DNA of 64,000 bases. Origin: Felis catus. Taxonomy: Eukaryota. The stretch is from assembly GCF_018350175.1 (NCBI RefSeq), contig NC_058373.1, positions 110,796,001-110,860,000 of the forward strand, given 5' to 3'. A program made the translations under genes and the position numbers. The notes beneath the pieces were generated by a model. The model did no database searches, had not been told where the DNA came from, and saw only the letters and a program-made list of their open reading frames with translations. Numbering within the stretch: position 1 is the first letter of the stretch; each line of letters starts with the position of its first letter. This document shows positions 23,701 to 31,447 of this stretch, in pieces.

Positions 23701-26700
23701 GGGCTTGAGTCCTCCCCCCTCACACACTCCTTGCACCCTGTCCTCGGGGGACAGCAGGAGAGAGTGACACACACAGGCCTGTGCCGCTCTGCATCTCCCA
23801 GGGCCTCTGCTCTGCCAGTCATTCCTTTGAAAGCCCAGGAGACCGGGTGAGGGTTCTGGGAGTGGGAGCCCTTCCCCAGGGGGCTCCTGGCTTCTGTAAA
23901 GAGGCTCTTCCTTCTGCTTACCCATCTCTTCTCCCCTCCCCCTTGCCTGCGTGCTGGGACCCTGTGGTGGCAGCAGGCGGAACAGCGGGAATGAAGGTAA
24001 GGCCGATGGGCAGAGAGGACTGGCCTGACGGAGGGGGGTGGGGCTGCCGGGTCAGCGCCCCCGCCCCTTCAGCTCTCACTGTCTTCATGCATTCCATAAA
24101 TACCTATCGAGCACCTCCTGTGTGCTGGCCTCTGTCTTGAGAGTCACAGAGACGAATAAGCCATGGTCCTTGCCCTGGGGACCCTTCTGCACCCTTTTCC
24201 TGGAATGGTACCCTGGTGGTGGCCCAGCCTGGATCTTCTCCATTTTCTCTCTCTGGGGCAGGCAGACCTCGCTGGGTCTTGAGTTCCTGACCAGGCTCCA
24301 GGTCCCAGCCTTCCACCTTGAGGACCCCCACCCCCACCCTCACTGGGCCCTGGTGGACACCAGGGGTTGGGTGTTTAAGTGTGGCTTTCTCTGGGTAAAG
24401 CCTCCCCACCCCCAGCCGCTGGCAGGAGGAGGGGGCTTGCCCAGAGGCTGGTCACGAGGGGGTCTTGTGCTCTGAACAGCATGCAGGCAGTGCCGGCGCT
24501 CTCTTGGACTTTGGGCGGCCTCCTCGTGCTCAGGGCATACAGCCAGAGGCTGAAGGGGCTGCCCGGGAGGAACAGGAGGAGGAGGAGGAGGAAGAGGAGG
24601 AGGAGGAGGAGGTGGTGGAGGAGGAGGAGGAGGAGGAGCAGGCCTTTCAGGTGTCTCTGGAAGACTTGGCAGGGCATGAAGGCAGCAAGAAGGGGGCCAG
24701 GCTGGAGCCCCAAGGCTCGGAGGAGGAGGAGGAGGAGGAGGAGAGCCTGGCAGTGGCGGAGCAGGTAGCCGACTTTGCCAGCTCCCTGCTGGCCGCCCTC
24801 CACTGCTGGCACTATCGGGCCAACGCTTTACTTTTCTCCCGGGGCGCTATGGTGAGGTGTCTCTTTGATCTCCCCTCCTCCTTGCATGTTCCCTGGCAAG
24901 TGCATGCCCATCCGGGAGTTCTCTCCCCTGCCCTCCCACCCCTCCGTCCTGTTCCTTCATTCCTGCCATCAGCACCTAACCCCTTGCCTGCTGTCACGCC
25001 CCGGTGAGCCCCTGGCATGTGCTGTTCCAGTACTGGGCGTGAACTAGCTTACTCCCCAGTGAGCATGACTAATGGGATGGGGGCGGTGGGGAAGGGGGAG
25101 AAGCCAGCACACAGCGGGGCTGGAAGGGGCAGGTGGGTTGGACTTTCCTGAGGCTGCGCACCTGGCAGGGATTTCTGCATCCCCAGACCTTGCAGTTCAG
25201 GTTGACTGTGGAAAGGCTCAGGTCCCAGGCTGGCTCTCGATACAGCCCAGCCGCCTTGGGGGCTCAGAAGGTTTTGCCCATGTTGGGCTGCAGAAGGGAC
25301 GAGCTCCCAGCTGTCCCAGGAGCTGATGATGGCCCTCTGCTTCCTGCAGGAGAAGGGGCGTAGGGAGTCCGAAGGCCCCAAGAGTCGCAGAAGGCCCGGC
25401 GGCCGGTCTCCCACTAGTGCTGAGAAGCGCATGAGCTTTGAGTCCACCTCTTCGCTGCCAGAGGTGAGTGGCCGGCAGGCAGAAGGGGGACGGTGCGGGA
25501 GTGCCCGGAGCACCTGGTCCGCAGGTGGGGCTTCCAGGCACGGGCTCTCCTGTTGGGCCCGTGGGGACAGATTCCCTCCTCCACGCCCAGGACTCTTTAC
25601 CCCTTTAGGAAGCCTGTCTGGCCTGTGAGCGTGTGGTAGTGTGAGTGGGCAGCTCCTTTCTTTGGGCAGATGCAGACTCTCGTCAAGGGCCATATTCGTG
25701 GAAGTGACCAGATTTTAGGTCCCTTCAGCCAGGACTCCTGGTATAGGGCGTAAGGCCCTGCCCCCACCAGCGTGCCAGACATTTAAGTCACACCTGTGCC
25801 CACCTGGGTATTGACATCTACTGGGCACTTCCTGCTTGTCCGATGTTTTGTTTCTCCCTTTTGTTGCCTGCAACAGCTCAGGTAGAAAGAGGCTGAGAGA
25901 AGTTGAGTGACTTGCCTGACATCGGGCAGCTGCCGAGGGGCAGAGCTGAGCTCAGAACCTGTGACTCAGAAGCCCCCCTTCCACTTCCTGGCACACAGGC
26001 CAGGGTCCTGCTTTGCAGACTTGGGACTAGAACCATTGGAATCGGGTCTGATTCCTTAGAATGTAGCATGTTTGCTCTTTTTCCCGAAGGTCCCTGTGAA
26101 AGGCTGCCTGTACTGGCTGGTTTCGTGGTTCAGATCACCTTCAAGGTGGTCAGGAGGAAGTTCTTGAATTTGCTTCCTTCCTTGCCTGTCTGCTGGGCAT
26201 CTGCAGAGTTGTGCATAGGGCCAGAGGCTGGCTGGTAGGAGCCAGATGCCGGTCTTCACCCTCTGACAGGACTCTAGCATGGGGTCCTGTTGCGCTGTGG
26301 ATCCTCATCCACACAGGAGGTCCTTACCCCTCAGGGAAGGTGGGTCTGAACCCAGAACAACCCCCATGTGGCCTCTAGGGCCTTAGGGAGCTGCCTCTCC
26401 ATCAGGCATACCCTGTGTTGTATGCTCCCACCTTGTCCCTCTGGCTCCCAGGCAGGCTGCCGCTGAGAGGTGCCAACACCACCCAATATGTGTTCTTAGA
26501 ATTGTTCTTGGGTTTTACGACCCAAGCCCCCTCGCTGCATGATGGCTGGGGGTCATCACCACATTCCTCTCTCTAAGGACCTGTTTCCACTCTTGAGTTG
26601 TGCTCATTCTCATTGCCTTTGGTCCTAAACTGCATGCCCTCTCACTGAACCGAGAGAGCAGGTCATGCTGTCTGCTTATCCTTTGGATCTCATGAGGGAG

Positions 26701-29342
26701 GGTCTTGGCTCACATGAGTTCTGTTATCCCAGGTGGAGCCAGACCCTGAGCCTGAGACAGAGCAGGAAGTATTTGCTGCTGTGGAAGGTGCCAGCATCGA
26801 GGAGGTGCCCTCAGACATGGAGTCTCCAGAAGTCCTGGAAACACAGCTTGATGCCCACCAGGAGCTGCTGGGGATGGCCCCCCCGGGTGACATGGTGGAC
26901 TTTGTGGTGGCTGAGAGCACCGAGGACCTTAAGACTCTGAGCAGTGAGGAGGAGGAGGAGGAGGAGGACGTGGGTGCCACGCAGGAGCCTGAGAGCCTCC
27001 TGCCGCCCTCTGTGCTGGACCAGGCCAGCATCATTGCCGAGCGGTTCGTCAGCAGCTTCTCTCGGCGGAGCAGCCTGGCCCTGGAGGATGGCAAGGCCAG
27101 CGGCTTTGGGAGCCCGAGGCTGACAAGCCGGAGCAGCAGCGTGCTCAGCCTAGAGGGCAGCGAGAAGGGCTCGGCCCGGCGTGGCAGCACCACCGACGCC
27201 CTCGGCTCGCAGCCGCCCCCAGAGGTGGACAGCGGTGTGGGCGTGGCCACGGAGAGCAGCCCTTCGGTCAACGGGACGGAGCCCCCGAGCCCAGGCTGCC
27301 CTGCAGAGCCCGACAGGTCTTCCTGTAAGAAGAAGGAATCGGCACTCTCCACCCGAGACCGGCTGTTGCTGGACAAGATCAAGAGCTACTATGAGAACGC
27401 GGAGCACCATGACGCGGGCTTTAGCATCCGGCGCCGAGAGAGCCTCTCCTACATCCCCAAAGGGCTGGTGAGGAACTCCGTTTCCAGATTCAACAGCCTT
27501 CCCAGGCCGGACCCAGAGCCCACGGCTCCGCTGGGGCACAGGAGGCAGGTGGGCTCCCGGCCGGCTTCGTGGGCTATGTTTGACCTCCCAGGCCCCGGCC
27601 AGGCGGGCGCTGGGGAGCCAGCTCCTATCACAGATGCTGAGTTCAGGCCGTCTTCAGAAATTGTAAAGATCTGGGAGGGAATGGAGTCTCCCGGGGAGAG
27701 CTCTCACAAGGGGCCTGGCCAAGGCCAGGCCAATGGTTTTGAGCTGCACGAACCGCTCTTCATCCTGGAGGAGCACGAACTGGGGGCCATCACCGAGGAG
27801 TCGGCCGCCGCCTCCCCTGAGAGTGCCTCCCCCACGGAGCGGCCCAGCCCGGCCCACCTGGCCCGGGAGCTGAAGGAGCTCGTGAAGGAGCTGAGTGGCG
27901 ACGTCCAGGGGGAGCTGGTGGCTCCACTGCACCCGCGCATCGTCCAGCTCTCCCACGTGATGGATGGCCGCGTGAGCGAGCGAGTCAAGAACAAGGTCTA
28001 CCAGCTGGCCCGCCAGTACAGCCTGCGGATCAAGAGCAAATCTGTGCCAGCCAGGCCACCGCTCCAATGGGGAAAGGCGGCTCCCACCATTCCCTGCCTG
28101 CAGGAGGAGGCTGGAGCGCCCTCGGGCGGCAAAGGTACAGTGAGGGGGTGGGGAGTGGGCCCTTCCCGAAAGTCTGGGGTGGAAGAGCTTCTGAGGAGCA
28201 GGTTGGCTCCTGGAGGAAGGTGACCCTGTAGAACCATGACCAAAGAGAGGGCTGGACTCCACACGCAGGGCGGTGCGTGGCCCTGCTGTAACACCCTCAC
28301 CGCCCTCCCCCGGCCCTTCCTGTGGAGCAGAGACCTGGGGGAAACGTGGCCAGGGGCCCACTCTTCCAGGGGAGGAAGCTCTCGTCTTTTCCTGTGACTC
28401 CTGACCCCACGTCCAACTGCCTTTTCCTCATTCTTCCCATTGCCCTCCGATAAAGGGGCCGTGGATGGTGAATGTGACTTCTCTGCCATCGCAACCCAAA
28501 CCCCAGTAAGCAGCCTTGCCTGGAGTGGGAGCAGAAGGCAGTTCTGAGTCCTCACTTGCCCTCTCCCCTCCTGCCCAGTGGGTCAGTCAGCTCACTCTCT
28601 CCCCACAGGTAAGAGAAAGCCGGTGCTGTCCCTCCTCAACGATGAGCAGACGGTGGCCCCGGAGCACAGCCCGCCCAAGCCCTGCTCTCCTCGGCATCGC
28701 TCCTTCAGCCCCACTGCTGCCAGCCCGAGGACCGCCTCGCCTGGGGTCCGGCCCTCCTCTCGAAGCCCCCTCAGCCCTTTCGACACTGAGACCTTCAACT
28801 GGCCTGATGTCCGAGAGCTCTGCTCCAAGTACACCTCCCACGACGAGGCATTCCAGGCCGAGGGCGGCCGGCCCCGTGGCCAGCCTGTCAACCGGAGCCG
28901 CTCGGTGCCGGAGAACATGGTGGAGCCCCCTCTGGCGGGCAAGGTGGGCCGCTGCTGCAGCGTGGGCGCCAAGAGGGGCCGGGCAGACCCAGAGGCCACT
29001 CAGCCCCAGCCCCCTGGGGGATTGCCCCAAAGCAGGCCGGTCGGAGAGGAAGCCCTGTATGTCACCGCAGACCTCACCCTGGAGAACAACGGGCGGGTGA
29101 TCGTCATGGAGAAGGGGCCTCTGCCCTGCCCCACTGCGGGGCTGGAGGAGGGCAGTGGGCAGAGACCAAGCTCGCCAGCAGCCGCGGTGGGACAGGGGCT
29201 GGATTTCCAGGAGTCTGGGATTTCCAGGAGTCCAGAGTATTGGCCAAAGGAAGAGGGTCCCAGGGACCCAGTGGACCCAGGCCAGCAGGGCAGAGTGAGA
29301 AACCTGAGGGAGAAATTCCAGGCCTTGAACTCCGTAGGGTGA
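14449..29342 (+). CDS. PLEKHG3: PLEKHG3, pleckstrin homology and RhoGEF domain containing G3 (multi-exon CDS span; longest reconstruction 4113 nt, about 1370 aa)
   Basis: N-terminus [23 protein letters not shown] motifs ([38 protein letters not shown]); PH domain ([25 protein letters not shown]); C-terminus [17 protein letters not shown]. All exons join in frame at GT-AG sites. Convergent with SPTB as in other mammals. Confidence 0.97.
15355..15748 (-). mobile_element. MaLR solo LTR (MLT1-like)
   Basis: ggggctgctgtaata...aggacaccagtcattgga.ttagggcccaccct...tacatctgcaaagactctatttcca. Confidence 0.78.
15874..15971 (+). CDS. PLEKHG3: PLEKHG3 coding exon ([13 protein letters not shown]...IYALN)
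   Basis: cag|GAC ... AG|gtatgg, 98 nt, frame continuous. Confidence 0.93.
17233..17302 (+). CDS. PLEKHG3: PLEKHG3 coding exon ([24 protein letters not shown])
   Basis: cccag|C ... AGG|gtaaga, 70 nt. Confidence 0.92.
17610..17656 (+). CDS. PLEKHG3: PLEKHG3 coding exon ([15 protein letters not shown])
   Basis: ttag|AGC ... AA|gtgagt, 47 nt, DH-domain YxxYCNN motif. Confidence 0.92.
17767..17917 (+). CDS. PLEKHG3: PLEKHG3 coding exon ([10 protein letters not shown]...KYHLLLQ)
   Basis: cag|C ... CAG|gtaacc, 151 nt. Confidence 0.94.
18006..18137 (+). CDS. PLEKHG3: PLEKHG3 coding exon ([10 protein letters not shown]...HEHAVRLQ)
   Basis: cacag|GAA ... CAG|gtgctg, 132 nt. Confidence 0.93.
18396..18578 (+). 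CDS. PLEKHG3: PLEKHG3 coding exon (PH domain start)
   Basis: tgcag|GAG ... CCG|gtaacc, 183 nt. Confidence 0.94.
18660..18983. mobile_element. Nested Can-SINEs: + strand SINEC (18694-18880) inside a short - strand SINEC
   Basis: ggggtgcctgggtggctcag head; degenerate TSD aaagattttgtttt / aaagattttatctt; reverse tRNA head 18890-18982. Confidence 0.85.
19155..19247 (+). CDS. PLEKHG3: PLEKHG3 coding exon ([10 protein letters not shown]...QYNIQ)
   Basis: cccag|TGC ... CAG|gtgagg, 93 nt. Confidence 0.93.
19498..19584 (+). CDS. PLEKHG3: PLEKHG3 coding exon ([22 protein letters not shown]...)
   Basis: ccag|GCC ... AAG|gtgagg, 87 nt; PH C-terminal helix with conserved Trp. Confidence 0.93.
19835..19868 (+). 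CDS. PLEKHG3: PLEKHG3 small coding exon ([11 protein letters not shown])
   Basis: ccag|GCC ... T|gtaagt, 34 nt. Confidence 0.9.
20202..20300 (+). CDS. PLEKHG3: PLEKHG3 coding exon ([14 protein letters not shown]...GRRQS)
   Basis: gcag|AT ... G|gtaagg, 99 nt. Confidence 0.9.
21622..21833 (-). mobile_element. Can-SINE (SINEC_Fc-like)
   Basis: 15-bp TSD gaaacaaacatcttt at 21607-21621 and 21834-21848. Confidence 0.92.
22099..22428. mobile_element. Nested Can-SINEs: - strand SINEC (22183-22385) inside a short + strand SINEC
   Basis: 12-bp TSD tgggtgtagaga at 22171-22182 and 22386-22397. Confidence 0.88.
22993..23082 (+). CDS. PLEKHG3: PLEKHG3 probable cassette exon ([30 protein letters not shown])
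   Basis: ttgttcccag|AG ... G|gtgcga; 90 nt, phase 1-1, open in frame; weak donor. Confidence 0.75.
23495..23533 (+). CDS. PLEKHG3: PLEKHG3 small coding exon ([13 protein letters not shown])
   Basis: ttctcag|AG ... G|gtgagt, 39 nt. Confidence 0.88.
23977..23996 (+). CDS. PLEKHG3: PLEKHG3 microexon (GGTAGMK; 23 nt if the upstream CAG is used)
   Basis: cagcag|GC ... AAG|gtaagg; required to convert phase 1 to phase 0. Confidence 0.82.
24480..24851 (+). CDS. PLEKHG3: PLEKHG3 probable alternative Glu-rich exon (alternative donor at 24764)
   Basis: aacag|CAT ... ATG|gtgagg (372 nt) or CAG|gtagcc (285 nt); phase 0-0; open frame with poly-Glu tracts. Confidence 0.8.
24575..24743 (+). repeat. Coding (GAG)n trinucleotide tracts (poly-Glu)
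   Basis: Three GAG runs visible directly in the alternative exon. Confidence 0.9.
25350..25463 (+). CDS. PLEKHG3: PLEKHG3 coding exon ([11 protein letters not shown]...SSLPE)
   Basis: ctgcag|GAG ... GAG|gtgagt, 114 nt. Confidence 0.9.
26733..28134 (+). CDS. PLEKHG3: PLEKHG3 large penultimate exon (disordered region with conserved DKIKSYYE / [14 protein letters not shown] / [14 protein letters not shown] blocks)
   Basis: cccag|GTG ... AAAG|gtacag, 1402 nt, within ORF 26733..28223. Confidence 0.93.
28609..29342 (+). CDS. PLEKHG3: PLEKHG3 last coding exon
   Basis: ccacag|[18 protein letters not shown] and [15 protein letters not shown] motifs; TGA 29340-29342. Confidence 0.93.
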
Positions 29343-29928
29343 TTCTGAGTCCAAGGAGAGGGAGGAGCCGTGTGGCTGCGGGGGGGACGGGGAGGGACCA
29401 CGGCAGGCTTGCCCTCAGGCCTGGCTCACCCTGCTCACGAGGGCCCCTGGAAGAATGCTCCGGTGTACCCTGCAAGTGTCTTCACTGGGAACCGGCTGGC
29501 GCACCCCTGGGCTCGGGGTGACTTTCCACAGGCCCAGCTGAGCCTTTCTTCCCACCGAGGCCAGTGTGACCACTTCCCTTGTATATAGTTCTTTGGTGAG
29601 AAGCTGAATATTTAAGCTCTCCTCTTCCCAGGGAGAGCAAGTCGTGCTCAGGCCTCCAGTGTTGGGCTGACCACTGCCGGGCTGAGGCGCCCACCCGGAG
29701 GAGTCGTGGGGAGGTGGCCTGGGGAGGCTTTCCTCTTTGTGTCTTTTCTTAGGATCCAGGCAGGAACCAGGCCCATAATTTATTGCTTCCCATTCCGCGG
29801 TATATTTGTGTGTGCACGTGAGAGTTTGTGTGTGTTCTTTTGTTGTGGATTCCTCTCCCGTGAAGAATGTAACGCGCTCAGTTCAGGTACTTTTGTAGGT
29901 TGTCTTGCTGATCCTGTGGTTGTCACTA

Positions 29929-29968
29929 ATGTATATACATTTCATTATTTGCCAATGGTTCAATAACC
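29929..29968 (+). terminator. Candidate proximal PLEKHG3 poly(A) region with a non-canonical hexamer (AATAAC 29962-29967)
   Basis: AT-rich block with an upstream TGTA element and GT-rich sequence downstream (29986-29996); no exact AATAAA. Confidence 0.4.
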
Positions 29969-31441
29969 ACTGCTGACCAACTGGCCTGTGTGTGGCTCCT
30001 CACTGGGCCTCACTGGGGTGGGGACGGTTGATCAAGGCCAGGGATGTCTTAGGGAGGCGGGCTGCGGGCGTTGTTGCTGTCACAGTCACTCATTCGTCAT
30101 CTGTGCTCACAGAGCATCAGGCACCAGGGTGCTCGCCGGGGAGGCTGGGGCAGCAGCATGTGCAGGAGGGAACTTGTTTTCTGTCTACCCCAGCCTGGCA
30201 TCCTGTCGGTGGCGGGAGTTGGGGGTGGAGGGACCAGGCCAGGTTTTAGCTTCCTCAAGGACCAAAGTTCGACTAAACAAGGTGGGGGAAATGAATGGAA
30301 CGTTTTTCTAACAGGCGGAAGTTTCCAATGTCTGGTGCCCTTTACTCTTCTCTCCCTCTCTAGTTCCCAAGAGACATCCTAAAAGGCAAGGATTCTAAAC
30401 TTGGAGCCTAGACATGTCTTGAGGTGGCCTGCAATATTGTGTAAAGAGAGCAAGTGCATTTTTTCTGGGATGGAACCTCAGTTTTCATCCTGTTCTCAAA
30501 GGGTCTTTTCTTGAAAGGGCTAGGAATGCCTGCCTGTTTCTAATTGGGCTTTCTTTCTGCCCTTTCTCTGTGGCGCACCAGCCTTGTTTGGCCCTGTTCC
30601 CGCAGGCGTGTGTTCCCACAGGTCTTGTGGGTCAGGGCTTCGTGAGCTTCTGATCTCAGAGGACAGACTCGGCCTGAAGGCAGGTGTGCAGAGTCTAAAG
30701 AGGCCAAGGGAAGAGTGGAGCCAGGGGAGGCCTCTCCGAAGCAGCAGCAGACAGGGCTAGCCTGTGTTCTACCCATTGTCCTGAATGTTATGCGGTTTCC
30801 ACAGTTGCTGAGGATAGAGGCGTGTGTTGGGGTATGACGCTCAGTAGCTATAAATTTACTGGAGAGGACGCCCAGGTTCTGGTCCCAACCTCTTGCCATT
30901 AACTAGCCGGGTCACCTGAAACTCTTGCTTTTTCCTTATCTACAAATCGAAGGAAACGGATGACGTACAGCTTGTCAAACTCCCTCAGACTTTTCAGGGG
31001 GTAGGGTCTGGGAAGTTGCAGTGAACACCTTCCCCAGGTGATCCGTAACCATCTAGGCGTGATGGTGAGCCCTGAACCAGCTCACTGGTTCTCACTACCA
31101 GTGAGAATGGTCAGTGGAGCCTTTTGAAAAATGGCGATGCCTGTTTCGCCCCTCTGGAGATGTGAGGGCCACATCTCCTCCCTCATGTGAGGGCTGAGGG
31201 CCAAGATCTCTGTCCAGAGCTCTGTGGGGGAAAGGCTTGCTGAACGCATGAATGAGCAAGCGCTCTCGGTCTCAGGCAAGGCACAGCTCCTGGGTGGTGG
31301 CCTAGGATTTTCCAGGGACAATCCAGAGAATCTGTCCCTTTGTCTCCATGGTGATACCCCCTTGCTCAACTACCCTTCCTTGGTCCAGTTCAGAGGGAAA
31401 CAAAACCAGTCAAATCAGTGAGAAAGATGGAGCATTATTGA

Positions 31442-31447
31442 TTTATT
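31442..31447 (-). terminator. SPTB: Poly(A) signal of the long (muscle/brain) SPTB 3'UTR, about 2.9 kb
   Basis: First minus-strand AATAAA I saw after the 34335 stop; AT-rich island with T/G-rich sequence downstream. Confidence 0.7.

Noticed and set aside
23022..23822. 266-codon - strand ORF
   Set aside because: GC-rich intron antisense; no domain, no supporting splice or promoter pattern.
24379..24812. Poly-Arg (+) and poly-Leu (-) ORFs
   Set aside because: Alternative-frame readings of the (GAG)n poly-Glu tract.
29340..29350. Stop-codon readthrough or selenocysteine recoding at the PLEKHG3 TGA
   Set aside because: Context is TGA TTC, not the TGA CTAG readthrough motif; no SECIS-like element recognised by eye.
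26690..29401. Long - strand ORFs (230, 235, 255 aa) opposite PLEKHG3 exons
   Set aside because: Antisense shadows of GC-rich coding exons; no recognisable domain or independent gene signals.
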